Assembly (NCBI GenBank): GCA_046726175.1
Contig: JBKPAC010000100.1
Location: forward strand, 4,202-68,201
Reading direction: 5' to 3'
DNA from: Acidobacteriota bacterium
GTDB taxonomy: Bacteria; Acidobacteriota; Blastocatellia; Pyrinomonadales; Pyrinomonadaceae
Length of the DNA stretch: 64,000 bases
A program made the position numbers and the translations under genes. The notes beneath the pieces were generated by a model. The model saw only the letters and a list, made by a program, of their open reading frames with translations, searched no databases and was not told the origin of the DNA. How positions within the stretch are numbered: position 1 is the stretch's first letter; the number at the start of each line of letters is the position of its first letter. This document shows positions 9,239 to 18,997 of the stretch, in pieces.

Positions 9239-9997
9239 CTAGGTCATGACAACCTTAGGTTGCGCTGAAGCCTGGTCTGATGAAACTGCATTCGGAACGT
9301 AGTACAGAATACGGCTACAGTTGTCACAGGTAATTACTTCTTCGCCGCGCCGAACTTCGGCCATTACCTGTGGACGCAATGCCATGAAGCACGCCGAGCA
9401 CGATCCGTTGCGAGCTTCAGCCACGGCAACACCGTCACGTATGCGGGCACTGATTCGGTTATAGAGGGAACTAAGCGGTTTGGAGAGACTGGAGAACACT
9501 CTCTGACGCTCGGCTCGTGCCGTCTCGAGCTGCTGGGTTCTTGCCTGTGCTTCTTCGTCAAATATACTGAGTCTTTGGGCGCGGTCTGAGTTCAGACTGG
9601 CGATTTGATCGGCACGCTCGCCCAGTGCCTTTTCTGCCTCTTCGAGAGCCTCCATCTGCTCAAGGATTTGCGTTTCAATTGCCGAAATCTGCTTGCGGGC
9701 GGCGTCTGTTTCGCGGATAGCAGCGGTGTACTCTTCCTGCCGCTTGGACGACATGAGATTCCGCTCGGCGCGTTCGGCCTTTCCACGCTGTTCGATAGTT
9801 TCTGCCTCCAGGCGTGCGCGGGTGTGTTTCGCTTCGTCTCGACGGTTTTCGAGGGCCCTAATATCAGAAGCGCGCTGATCGAACTCTTTTTCGATCTCAG
9901 CGCGCCTCTCAGGGTTAGCTTCTATTTCTCGTTCCAGTCTTCGTATGCTCGTGTCCAGGGTTTGTAAAGCGACCAACTGCTCCAATTCCGCTTTCAC
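9239..9997 (-). CDS. Coiled-coil protein with C-terminal C4 zinc ribbon (COG1579/zf-RING_7-like)
   Basis: A long heptad-rich E/R/A region ends in CSACFMALRP...CDNCSRILY, giving two CxxC pairs. GTG start with AAGGAG upstream. Confidence 0.65.
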   Translation of the reverse strand: MKAELEQLVALQTLDTSIRRLEREIEANPERRAEIEKEFDQRASDIRALENRRDEAKHTRARLEAETIEQRGKAERAERNLMSSKRQEEYTAAIRETDAARKQISAIETQILEQMEALEEAEKALGERADQIASLNSDRAQRLSIFDEEAQARTQQLETARAERQRVFSSLSKPLSSLYNRISARIRDGVAVAEARNGSCSACFMALRPQVMAEVRRGEEVITCDNCSRILYYVPNAVSSDQASAQPKVVMT

Positions 9998-10148
9998 TCT
10001 CTATTTACTCCTTGAGGGATAAGGACAATGTACGATTGCGTTCCTCACCTACCGATGATCACATATTAAGCGGCTACGGCGCAAGCGACGGTAGTAGTTA
10101 GAGGAGCGAGTTGCTGAAGGGACAGAGGAGGGTAGTAACTCACAGAAA

Positions 10149-10307
10149 GGCGGGCCCGTTATTTTCCATTTACCACTGTACATTTTCCATTTTCCATTTA
10201 ACACCGCTGTTCCAAGTTGATGTTGCCAAGGTTGGTCAGCTCAACTGCGAACGGAAATAAATGGAAAATCAAAAACGTATAATGGCAAATGGAAAATGCC
10301 GTCCCGC
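10149..10307. repeat. Long imperfect hairpin with TTTTCCATT / AATGGAAAA word arms
   Basis: The left arm ...ttattttccatttaccactgtacattttccattttccattta faces ggaaataaatggaaaatcaaaaacgtataatggcaaatggaaaatgcc. Confidence 0.75.
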
Positions 10308-10334
10308 TCCTGGGTAATACAGTTCCGCGACCCG

Positions 10335-11351
10335 TCAGATTGTCCGCACCCGCTCAGTATTTTTGACCTTTATCGGTCGTACGACGGGGATGTTGATCTT
10401 GATCTCAGGTATTGTCGGGATCTCGATACGCGGAAGCGCGATGTTCACCTCGGGAATCACAGGTAATTCAATTCGTGGAATCACGATCTGCCTCCCGGCC
10501 CGCGTAGTCGAGTTCGGAAACACAAACGAGGAATCTCCTTCTTTCGGGGTGACTCGGATGGTTTGCTGACTCTTATTTCGAATTATGGTTACGCTGACGT
10601 CGCCATCCTTTTTCTGGCTAATTATGCGTGAGACGTCACCAGCAGCCTCGACTTTCTCTCCATCGACAGAGACGATGACGTCGCCTGCTTTCAAGCCGGC
10701 TTTTGCAGCTGGTCCATCCTCGGTCACGGACGTAATCAGCAGACCCTTACCGTCTGCGATGCCGAAGTAGTCTGCCAGCTGTTTGGTCAGCGGTATTGTG
10801 CTGACGCCAATCCGACGACTCTTGCCAAACGCATAAGCGAACCCACCAAAAGAGGGTGGATTCTCCATCCGCCAGACTTCCGGAGAGCTTCGAAGCAGTC
10901 CTTCAAACCGAGGCGACTCGTCGCGTTTCGCGATTGTCGCCGTCACTTCCTGCTCGGCACCTCCGCGGCTGATCGTGATTCTGACACTCTGATCGGGAGC
11001 GATCTCGGAAATGAGCCGGCTAAGCTTTCGAGTGCTGGTCACGTTGTCACCGTCGACGCGGAGAATGACGTCATCTTTTCTGATGCCAGCCTTTTCAGCC
11101 GGACTGTCCTTAGCGACGCTTGTCACACCAACACCGCGCACCGATCGCAGTCCATAGCGTCCCATGTTTTCCTTGCTGATGTCCTCGACATTCACCCCGA
11201 GAAAGCCTTCGCCCTCAATTAGGAATGAGAAGGAGCGATTAAAGCTTTCGGCGCCCAATGGTTCGGGCGGATTCACGGGCTGCTGCGCCAGGGCGGCAGT
11301 AGCGGACAGAGTTATGGCCAGCAGGAGATAAATTGCGTGTTTTTTTGCCAT
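10335..11351 (-). CDS. Secreted protein with two PDZ domains
   Basis: Signal peptide MAKKHAIYLLLAITLSATAALAQ. Two segments match the PDZ pattern: GVTSVAKDSPAEKAGIRKDDVILRVDG and LITSVTEDGPAAKAGLKAGDVIVSVDG. Confidence 0.75.
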   Translation of the reverse strand: MAKKHAIYLLLAITLSATAALAQQPVNPPEPLGAESFNRSFSFLIEGEGFLGVNVEDISKENMGRYGLRSVRGVGVTSVAKDSPAEKAGIRKDDVILRVDGDNVTSTRKLSRLISEIAPDQSVRITISRGGAEQEVTATIAKRDESPRFEGLLRSSPEVWRMENPPSFGGFAYAFGKSRRIGVSTIPLTKQLADYFGIADGKGLLITSVTEDGPAAKAGLKAGDVIVSVDGEKVEAAGDVSRIISQKKDGDVSVTIIRNKSQQTIRVTPKEGDSSFVFPNSTTRAGRQIVIPRIELPVIPEVNIALPRIEIPTIPEIKINIPVVRPIKVKNTERVRTI

Positions 11352-11424
11352 GGTTCGGGAAATCCTCCGGACGAATTTTGGAGTTTAACGCCTGGGCGGA
11401 GGTGCGGTTCCAAAAAGAAAGGAA

Positions 11425-11480
11425 GCAGAAGCAGGAGGCAGGAGGCAGGAGGCCGGAGGCAGCCGGCAGGTGGTGGCAGC
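11425..11480. repeat. Heptanucleotide tandem repeat (GCAGGAG)n, about 8 degenerate units
   Basis: gcagaa gcaggag gcaggag gcaggag gccggag gcagccg gcaggtg gtggcag. On the minus (gene) strand this reads as CCUCC-containing repeats. Confidence 0.8.
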
Positions 11481-11485
11481 GGGAG

Positions 11486-11527
11486 CAAATGGAAAATGAG
11501 AAATGTCAAACGATCACTGATAAATGG
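11486..11527 (-). repeat. Dispersed element TTTATCA..CGTTTGACATTTCTCATTTTCCATTT (copy, minus orientation)
   Basis: The reverse complement of caaatggaaaatgagaaatgtcaaacgatcactgataaatgg matches copies at 35353, 46772, 49072 and 49177. Confidence 0.75.
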
Positions 11528-11541
11528 CTCTTTCTCCTTGC

Positions 11542-12495
11542 CTACGTCCTTATGTACACCTCCCCCTCGCCGCTGACCTCCATTCCAATCTTTCCTTCAG
11601 AGTGCGCGAGGTCGAGGTGCGCGACCGCTTCAGACACTGCCAGGAAGCGATGCACGTCGTCGGCGCCGGGAAACATCTTTTGCGCAATTTCCCACGCCGT
11701 GGCTCCTGCTTTCGGAATCAACCCAAGAACCTGGTTCTGTCGTTCCGTGATTGCCCGAATGTACCGGTTGAAGAGTTCTTCGTAATCGCGTACAGGCTCA
11801 CCGTGACCGCCGTACACGAGTGTGGGAGCGAACGTCCGCAATCGAGCGAGGCTCACCATGTACTCGGCGAGGGACGGAAACCGCTTTGAGGTATCAATTG
11901 GATCGGGCGAGAGAATCGGGTTTGGAGTAATTCGCTTCAACACACAGTCGCCCGCGATGATTGTTCGATCTGCTTCCCGCACAAACGAGCAAGACCCGGG
12001 CGTGTGACCTGGCGTATGAACAATCCGCAACGATCCGGAAGCAAAATCGAGCTCTGCTTCATCGAGCAGCGGACCGAATTCGCCTTCAGCAAATGAGTCG
12101 GCATAGAAACGAACGCCTTCGTACATTCGCCGCATTGTTTGGATCTCGTCATCTGGAACTCCGGCGCGCACGAGAAGCGACCGGTGCTCGGAATACTCGA
12201 GCCGGCCAACACGATGACCCGTCTCCCATGCATGGACCAGTACTTCCGCGTCCTTCGCCTCGTCACGGACAGAGCGCGCCAGCCCGCAATGATCTTCATG
12301 AGCATGCGTCAGAACAATCCGGCGGACGTCGGAGATTAAGAAGCCGGCCTTCCGGAGACCGGATCTGAGGGCTTCGACGGCTTCTTTGGTTTTTGGGCCA
12401 GTATCGATGAGGGTCAGTGGTTCTTCGGCGATGAGATAGACATTGACCGGCCCAATGTAGAAAGGCGTCGGCACTGAAATAGGGACGATACGCAC
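11542..12495 (-). CDS. MBL-fold metallo-hydrolase
   Basis: THAHEDHCG (HxHxDH) motif and a later HTPGHTPGS segment. 317 aa. Confidence 0.8.
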   Translation of the reverse strand: MRIVPISVPTPFYIGPVNVYLIAEEPLTLIDTGPKTKEAVEALRSGLRKAGFLISDVRRIVLTHAHEDHCGLARSVRDEAKDAEVLVHAWETGHRVGRLEYSEHRSLLVRAGVPDDEIQTMRRMYEGVRFYADSFAEGEFGPLLDEAELDFASGSLRIVHTPGHTPGSCSFVREADRTIIAGDCVLKRITPNPILSPDPIDTSKRFPSLAEYMVSLARLRTFAPTLVYGGHGEPVRDYEELFNRYIRAITERQNQVLGLIPKAGATAWEIAQKMFPGADDVHRFLAVSEAVAHLDLAHSEGKIGMEVSGEGEVYIRT

Positions 12496-12561
12496 GAGTT
12501 ATTTTTGATGGGTCAACGCGTAATTCACTTATGGTCTTGTTGGTGGAACACTTGCTTTGTC

Positions 12562-13074
12562 TTATACCTTTTGACTGCGCTTCGCGATTAGCTCTCTTAG
12601 AATTCTTTCCCGCTCCCGAGCCAACTCTCGAACAAACTCGTCTCTGTCACGAGCCTGTTGTTCCAAACGTCGGGATTTATCAGTTAAGTAGCGTTGACCG
12701 CGAATGTTTGAGTTTTGCATGGAATCGCACCACGCCCGCAGTTGTCGCGAGATGCTTTCGGCTCTCCCTCTTATATCTGCGATCTCAGATCTGAGATCCT
12801 GAACTTTTGGCAGCCGATCCAACAAATGGCTCATGGATCTAATTTCGCCAGAGGAACCGCGCGAGATGTATAGAAACGTAATTGTCTCGTTGGTTGAGCC
12901 TCGTTCGAACCCTTCTGCAATGTTATTCGAGACTGAGACAGCAGCACGTTCAAGTTGATCTTTTAAGTCATAATGCCCTTTGAAGGCGCGGTGACTCGTT
13001 AGCGCAAATACTCGGACTGCTAATTCGAGGGCGTCTTTCCAGACAGGCAGATCTTCGAAGCGTGTGTACTTCAT
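12562..13074 (-). CDS. Four-helix-bundle protein (23S rRNA intervening-sequence protein / Avd-like family) with C-terminal coiled-coil extension
   Basis: Start set at ATG 13074 (MKYTRFEDLPVWKDALELAVRVF...). NIAEGFERGS and SRGSSGEIRS motifs are typical of the family. The roughly 45-aa charged tail is not typical. Confidence 0.7.
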   Translation of the reverse strand: MKYTRFEDLPVWKDALELAVRVFALTSHRAFKGHYDLKDQLERAAVSVSNNIAEGFERGSTNETITFLYISRGSSGEIRSMSHLLDRLPKVQDLRSEIADIRGRAESISRQLRAWCDSMQNSNIRGQRYLTDKSRRLEQQARDRDEFVRELARERERILRELIAKRSQKV

Positions 13075-13156
13075 GGTGAGGAGAACCTCCAGGTGAGGCT
13101 GGATAAAGCCTGGCGATGATAGACCTGAGGAATGAGAATTCAAAGTGAAAAGTGTT

Positions 13157-13245
13157 CAGATCAAATTTCAGATTTCAAATTCCAGGTATCAGGCTCCGGA
13201 TCTCAAATTCAGATCTCAGATTTCAAATCTCAAAATTTGAAATTC
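13157..13245. repeat. Low-complexity direct word repeats (CAGATTTCAAAT-type) with a small palindrome
   Basis: tcaaatttcagatttcaaat ... tcaaattcagatctcagatttcaaatctcaaaatttgaaa. The stem tttcaaat (13221-13228) pairs with atttgaaa (13235-13242). Confidence 0.7.
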
Positions 13246-15033
13246 TCAATACACATACTTGTTCGCGGCGATCATCTCGTTGGCAATCACCTGGCGTGCG
13301 GCAATCGTATTCATCGGAGTTACTTTCGTGAAACGACGTAACGCGGCCAACAACGTTCGTAACTCATCTCCTTCTGCCATCGCCGCCAGCGTATTCTTTG
13401 CGTGTGCCTCGATTCGTTCGACCGCGTCGTTACAAAATACCCGAGTCATGTCGATATAACGTGCCGCCGCTGTTTCACCTTGTATCGACGCAATCTTCAA
13501 GGTTCGAAGAATTGCAGACTCCATCGCATACACATCCGTGATGATGTCCGCCACCCCCATCAGAATCTCCTGCTGATCCGCAAGTGCCATCATGTACTTC
13601 TGCGCCGCCGTGCCGAGTGTCATCAGCGCGACCTTTCTCGCGTTCTTTACAAGCTTCTGCTCGGTTGCGAGCAGGCTGTCATCATCATCGAACCCGGCCA
13701 TTTGCGGCGATAACACTTCATCCATCAAAGCTTGTGCAGCAGCTAATAACGGCAGTCGACCGCTCATCGCACTCTTCATCAGCCGGCCAGGTATCAACAT
13801 CCGATTGATCTCGTTAGTGCCTTCGAAAATGCGATTGATGCGCGAGTCGCGGTAGGCGCGTTCAGCAGGGTAATCAGCTGAGTAACCATAGCCGCCATAG
13901 ATCTGGACCATTTCGTCAGCGACGAAATTGCAGTACTCGGACAGTGCCACTTTAACAATCGAGCACTCCGCTGCATACTCTTCGATTGCCCGAAGCCGCG
14001 CGTCCATGTCCTTGCTGTCTCCGATGGCGCCGATTCCGGCCTCGATCATTCCCAAGGTGCGATAGATCATCGACTCGCCGACCCACGTGCGGATCGCCAT
14101 CTCACCGAGCTTCGCCTTAATAGCGCCAAAGGAAGAGATTGATTTGCCGAACTGATGACGCTCGTTCGCGTAACGCACCGACTCGTGGGTCATCAGTTTC
14201 ATTCCGCCGGTACACATCGCGCCGAGTTTGAAGCGACCAATGTTCAGAATGTTGAAAGCTATCTTGTGACCTTTACCTACTTCGCCGAGAAGGTTTTCAA
14301 CCGGCGTACGAACGTCGGAAAGGACCAGCGCCGTTGTACTCGAACCTTTGATCCCCATCTTGTGCTCTTCCGCACCGGAAGTAAGGCCTGGCTGACGTTC
14401 CACGATGAAAGCTGAGAACTTGTCGCCATCAACTTTTGCGAACACCACGAAGATGTCGGCGAAGCCGCCGTTCGTAATCCACATTTTCTCGCCGTTGAGG
14501 ACGTACTCCTTGCCATCGTTGCTGAGGCGCGCCGTAGCTTTCGCGGCCATTGCATCCGAGCCGGAGCCTGCCTCGGTCAGCGCGTAAGCGGTGATGAGTT
14601 CGCCTGTGGCGATACGCGGCAGGTATTTCTGTTTCGCAGCTTCGGTGCCAAAGTAGATGATAGGCAACAATCCGATGCCGCTTTCAGCTCCGAGCGTGGT
14701 AGCAAATGATGCCGAGCGACCGATGTTCTCACCTACTAGAGCTCCGCTCGTCTGGTCCAACCCCAGCCCGCCGTACTCTTCAGGGATGTTCGCGCCGATC
14801 AAGCCAAGATCCGCTGCCTTCTTGACCAGCTCACGCGCGAGTTTCCAGTCGTGATGTTCCAGCTCGTCGATTCGCGGAGAGACCTCGTAGTCGACGAATT
14901 GCCTGGTGGTATCGGCAATCATCAAATGCTCTTCCGTGAAATCCTCGGGAGTGAAGATCTCTTCCGGCGTACGCTCTTCGATCAGGAAAGCTCCGCCTTT
15001 AACGAGTTGTTTGGATTCGACTACGGCTGCCAT
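13246..15033 (-). CDS. Acyl-CoA dehydrogenase (long, FadE-like)
   Basis: 595 aa. LTEAGSGSD, WITNGG and QIYGGYGY motifs are typical of ACADs. Confidence 0.85.
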   Translation of the reverse strand: MAAVVESKQLVKGGAFLIEERTPEEIFTPEDFTEEHLMIADTTRQFVDYEVSPRIDELEHHDWKLARELVKKAADLGLIGANIPEEYGGLGLDQTSGALVGENIGRSASFATTLGAESGIGLLPIIYFGTEAAKQKYLPRIATGELITAYALTEAGSGSDAMAAKATARLSNDGKEYVLNGEKMWITNGGFADIFVVFAKVDGDKFSAFIVERQPGLTSGAEEHKMGIKGSSTTALVLSDVRTPVENLLGEVGKGHKIAFNILNIGRFKLGAMCTGGMKLMTHESVRYANERHQFGKSISSFGAIKAKLGEMAIRTWVGESMIYRTLGMIEAGIGAIGDSKDMDARLRAIEEYAAECSIVKVALSEYCNFVADEMVQIYGGYGYSADYPAERAYRDSRINRIFEGTNEINRMLIPGRLMKSAMSGRLPLLAAAQALMDEVLSPQMAGFDDDDSLLATEQKLVKNARKVALMTLGTAAQKYMMALADQQEILMGVADIITDVYAMESAILRTLKIASIQGETAAARYIDMTRVFCNDAVERIEAHAKNTLAAMAEGDELRTLLAALRRFTKVTPMNTIAARQVIANEMIAANKYVY

Positions 15034-15065
15034 AAAACTGATCCTTTCTCAGTGTGTGGTGAAGT

Positions 15066-16244
15066 TTAAATTCGCTCGAAAATTCCTGCCGCCCCCATGC
15101 CACCGCCAACGCACATCGTCACCATTCCGTAGCGGCCATTACGGCGTTCGAGCTCGCGCAGAATGCTCGCAGTTAACTTCGCTCCGGTACAACCAAGCGG
15201 ATGGCCCAGCGCTATCGCGCCCCCGTTTACATTGACCTTATCCGGATCGAGCCCGAGCGTCTTGATCACCGCGAGAGACTGTGCTGCGAAAGCTTCATTC
15301 AATTCGATCACATCAATGTCGTCGAGTGTCAGGCCGGCCAGCTTCAGCACTTTCGGAATGGCATAGACTGGTCCAATACCCATCTCCTCAGGAGGGCAAC
15401 CTGCGGTCGCGTAGGCAACGAAGCGTGCCATCGGTTTTGCTCCCAGCTCTTTGGCGCGAGCGTCTGACATAACCACCGCCGCCGCAGCGCCGTCCGACAT
15501 CTGTGAGGCGTTACCGGCCGTAATTGTTCCCTTCAGCTGAAAGGCAGGCTTCAGTCCGGCGAGCCCCTCGAGAGTACTGTCGCGCCTGACTCCTTCATCT
15601 TTGTCAAAAACAATCTCGCGGTGCTGTTTGCGCCCGCGCGCATCAAGCTCCTCGACGGTTACCGTAAATGGTACCGTCTCGTCCTTGAACTTATCCGCGT
15701 CCAATGCTGCAGCAGCTCTCTGGTGAGAACGCAAAGCGAACTGGTCCTGCTCTTCACGACTAACCTGGTATTTGCGCGCAACATTTTCAGTTGCCAGGCC
15801 CATGCTCAAATAGAAGTCGGGATAATGCTCAACGAGATATGGGTTGGGGCGAATGATGTGACCGCCCATCGGGATCATCGACATCGATTCCAGTCCGCCG
15901 GCGACAATGACCTCGGCGCCGCCACCTCTTATCCGATCCGCAGCCATGGCAATCGACTGCAGACCTGAAGAGCAGAAGCGATTAATGGTCATTGCGCTCG
16001 TTTCGACAGGCAGACCTGCTCGAATCGCAGCAGCTCGGGCGACGTTCATCCCCTGTTCTGCTTCAGGCATGGCGCATCCCATGATCACATCATCTACGTG
16101 TGAGCCTTCAAGACCAGGAACACGCGCGATCGCTTCTTTGATTACCGCGGCGCCGGTTTCATCAGGTCTCGTATTCTTAAGCGTTCCCTTGGGCGCTTTG
16201 CCGACAGCCGTCCTCACCGCCGACACAACTACTGCATCTCTCAT
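15066..16244 (-). CDS. Acetyl-CoA C-acyltransferase (thiolase)
   Basis: NRFCSSGLQ contains the active-site Cys. [22 protein letters not shown] and CVGGGMG motifs are present. Confidence 0.9.
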   Translation of the reverse strand: MRDAVVVSAVRTAVGKAPKGTLKNTRPDETGAAVIKEAIARVPGLEGSHVDDVIMGCAMPEAEQGMNVARAAAIRAGLPVETSAMTINRFCSSGLQSIAMAADRIRGGGAEVIVAGGLESMSMIPMGGHIIRPNPYLVEHYPDFYLSMGLATENVARKYQVSREEQDQFALRSHQRAAAALDADKFKDETVPFTVTVEELDARGRKQHREIVFDKDEGVRRDSTLEGLAGLKPAFQLKGTITAGNASQMSDGAAAAVVMSDARAKELGAKPMARFVAYATAGCPPEEMGIGPVYAIPKVLKLAGLTLDDIDVIELNEAFAAQSLAVIKTLGLDPDKVNVNGGAIALGHPLGCTGAKLTASILRELERRNGRYGMVTMCVGGGMGAAGIFERI

Positions 16245-16267
16245 TTCTCAACTCCAATCACAATCTT

Positions 16268-16372
16268 TGCCGCGGATTCACGCGGATTAAACGCAGATCA
16301 GAAAACGTAAATCCGTTCACAGTCATTTGTTTTCTTTTTAGATCCGTTTTATCTGCGTTCATCTGTGGCTAA
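16268..16372. repeat. Inverted-repeat hairpin, GCCGCGGATTAACGCGGAT family (copy 3, degenerate right arm), inside the beta-oxidation operon
   Basis: gccgcggattcacgcggattaaacgcagatcag ... agatccgttttatctgcgttcatctgtggc. Confidence 0.8.
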
Positions 16373-16381
16373 ATCTCTTCC

Positions 16382-18793
16382 TCAATTCCTTAATGGCTTA
16401 CCGGTTTTCAACATGTGCGCTATTCGCTCCTGGGTCTTCCTCTGACCAACGAGACTCAGAAACGCTTCGCGCTCGAGGTCCAGAAGATACTGTTCCGATA
16501 CTCGCGTTTGATGATTGAGATCTCCTCCGGTCAACACGCGAGCCAGTCGCGTGCCGATCTCCGCATCATAATCTGAAATGTACCCCGCGCGTTTCATCTG
16601 ATGAATTCCGAGCTTCAACGTTGATAACGCCGGCATTCCGAGCGCGAGAATGTCTGTTCGCTGTTGTGGCTGCACGTAACCCCTCGCGGCCAGGGCCAAA
16701 ACCTCTTTCTTTGCGTCGGCGATCAGTCGATCCGTGTTCATCGAGATCGTATCGTCCTCATTGAGGAATCCAAGTGATCGAGCTTCCTCGGCGGACGTCG
16801 CTACCTTCGCCAGAGCGATCGTCTCAAACGCGCGCTTCACGAATGGGAATGGATCGGCATCGGACATATTTGGCGGAATAGAATCGAGAGCTCGCACCAG
16901 CATCTCTTTCGTACCTCCGCCTGCAGGGATGATCCCGACGCCTACTTCGACTAACCCGACATAGGTTTCCGCAGCCGCTCGCACGCGATCGGCGTGCAAC
17001 ACCATCTCGCACCCGCCGCCAAACACCATTTGAAAAGGAGCGACCACAACCGGCTTCGGCGAATAACGCAAGCTCATGATGGATGCCTGAAAAGCTCGGC
17101 CCATCATGTCCAACTCGTCCCAATTTTCGTCCTGGGCTTCCATCAGCATCAACATGAGATTTGCGCCGACGGAAAAGTTTGCACCCTGGTTCCCGACCAC
17201 TAATCCGACAAAGTTCTTCTCCACTTCTGCGAGCGCAAACTTCAGCATCTGCAGCTGGTCGCCGCCGATAGCGTTCATTTTCGAATGCCACTCGAGGCAT
17301 GCGACTCCATCGCCAATATCGATCAAAGACGCTCCGGGATTCTTCTTGATGACTCCCGTTCGCTCCTTCACTGACTTTAGAATCGTCACACCCAGCGGGT
17401 CGGCCAGCGGAAGATATTTGCCACTGGCAAAATCGAAGTAAAACTGCTGTCCGGTTTCCTTCTTGTAGAACGAAGTGGCGCCCGTCGCGAGCATGTTTTC
17501 GACATTGGTTGGAACGGGCTGGCCTTCATCCTTCATTCGCGCCACGGACTTCGCAACACCGATGACATCCCAGGCCTCGAATGGTCCAAGTTCCCAACCA
17601 AAACCCCAACGCAATGCGCGATCAACTTCCACGACCGTATCGGAGATCTCAGGAATTCGATTCGCAGCATAGGAGGCCGTTCGTGAGAACGTTTTCCAAA
17701 GAAAAGCACCGACGCGGTCCTTGGCCCAGACAAGCGTCTTGATCCGCTCTCCGGTGTCCTCGATGTTTTTCGCCACATCGAGTGATGGCAGCTTCACTTT
17801 TTGCGATGCACGATATTCGAGAGTCGCCGGGTCAAGAACGAGATACTCCCTCTTATCGCCCTCGCCTTTTTGCTTCTGGTAAAAACCGCCCTTGGTTTTG
17901 TTACCGAGAATGCCGCGCTCGACCATCTTCTGAAGAAACTCGGGAGCGACGAACATCTCGCGCTCTTCGTCTTCAGGAAGGGCTTCGTAGAGATTCTTGA
18001 TGACGTGAGAAAAGACATCCAAACCCACGATGTCGAACGTGCGGAACGTCGCGCTCTTTTGACGGCCCAGGACCGGCCCCGTCAATTTGTCGACTTCTTC
18101 GATCAAGTAACCGTCTTCCAGCATTGTCTTGATTGTGTGCAGAGCGCCGAAGGTGCCGATGCGATTCGCGATGAAGTTAGGTCGATCCTTTGCTGCTACG
18201 ACCCCTTTTCCAAGTCGCTGATCGAGAAAGCCATACACGAAGCAGGAAACTTCGGGCTTCGTCCAATCGGTCCGGATAATTTCGACGAGATGCAGGTAGC
18301 GTGGTGGATTGAAAAAGTGCACGCCCAGGAAGTGCTGGCGGAAATCCTCGGACATTCCTTCAGCCAGGAATCGAATCGGTATGCCGCTAGTGTTGGAAGC
18401 GATAATCGTTCCCGGCCGGCGATGTTTTTCGACTCGTTGATAGAGACTGCGCTTGATTTCGAGGTTTTCAACGACTGCTTCGATTATCAGGTCGCAGTCT
18501 TTGAGTTTTGGAAGATCGTCATCGAAGTTGCCGATCGTCACGAGCAAGGCGAGTTCCGGGGTAAAGAACGCTGCCGGTTTGGCTTTTTTGGCAGCGTCGA
18601 GACCGGCTTGCGCAATGCGATTGCGAACTGCCGGAGATTCAAGCGTCAGTCCTTTGGCCTGCTCGGCTGGAGTCAATTCACGGGGTGGAATATCGAGCAG
18701 AAGAGTAGGGATTCGGGCATTAGCAAGGTGGGCGGCTATTTGTGCACCCATGGTTCCCGCTCCGAGTACGGCTGCTCGTTCGATACGCATCAT
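16382..18793 (-). CDS. Bifunctional 3-hydroxyacyl-CoA dehydrogenase / enoyl-CoA hydratase
   Basis: Start set at ATG 18793 (MMRIERAAVLGAGTMGAQIA, a Rossmann fold) with AAAGGTGAG upstream. The C-terminal half has crotonase-like segments (GGGCEMVLHAD). Confidence 0.85.
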   Translation of the reverse strand: MMRIERAAVLGAGTMGAQIAAHLANARIPTLLLDIPPRELTPAEQAKGLTLESPAVRNRIAQAGLDAAKKAKPAAFFTPELALLVTIGNFDDDLPKLKDCDLIIEAVVENLEIKRSLYQRVEKHRRPGTIIASNTSGIPIRFLAEGMSEDFRQHFLGVHFFNPPRYLHLVEIIRTDWTKPEVSCFVYGFLDQRLGKGVVAAKDRPNFIANRIGTFGALHTIKTMLEDGYLIEEVDKLTGPVLGRQKSATFRTFDIVGLDVFSHVIKNLYEALPEDEEREMFVAPEFLQKMVERGILGNKTKGGFYQKQKGEGDKREYLVLDPATLEYRASQKVKLPSLDVAKNIEDTGERIKTLVWAKDRVGAFLWKTFSRTASYAANRIPEISDTVVEVDRALRWGFGWELGPFEAWDVIGVAKSVARMKDEGQPVPTNVENMLATGATSFYKKETGQQFYFDFASGKYLPLADPLGVTILKSVKERTGVIKKNPGASLIDIGDGVACLEWHSKMNAIGGDQLQMLKFALAEVEKNFVGLVVGNQGANFSVGANLMLMLMEAQDENWDELDMMGRAFQASIMSLRYSPKPVVVAPFQMVFGGGCEMVLHADRVRAAAETYVGLVEVGVGIIPAGGGTKEMLVRALDSIPPNMSDADPFPFVKRAFETIALAKVATSAEEARSLGFLNEDDTISMNTDRLIADAKKEVLALAARGYVQPQQRTDILALGMPALSTLKLGIHQMKRAGYISDYDAEIGTRLARVLTGGDLNHQTRVSEQYLLDLEREAFLSLVGQRKTQERIAHMLKTGKPLRN

Positions 18794-18841
18794 TCGGTTT
18801 GCTGACTCACCTTTCTTTCGGGGACACTGCGGGGCGGTCAA

Positions 18842-18870
18842 ATGATACTGAATGAATGCTCATTCAGCAA
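18842..18870 (-). promoter_or_regulatory. Promoter TTGCTG-17-TATCAT of the beta-oxidation operon overlapped by the palindromic operator CTGAATGA-ATGC-TCATTCAG (18848-18867)
   Basis: The operator has perfect 8-nt inverted arms. On the minus strand the -35 is at 18870-18865 and the -10 at 18847-18842. The same box recurs at 26510-26529. Confidence 0.6.
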
Positions 18871-18997
18871 GGTTCGGCTCACGTCTTCGCCCAGGAGTCA
18901 CAGTCTTACTACGGGGAATTGACCTGTGCGCTTCGCTCGAAGCTGTATTCTGTGGATAATCAGCCCGGACACTCTCCATCACACTTGAAATAAGGAC

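Noticed and set aside
18905-18950. A sigma70 promoter for the CocE/NonD gene (TTGACC ... TATTCT).
   Set aside because: The spacer is about 21 nt, which is too long for a confident call.
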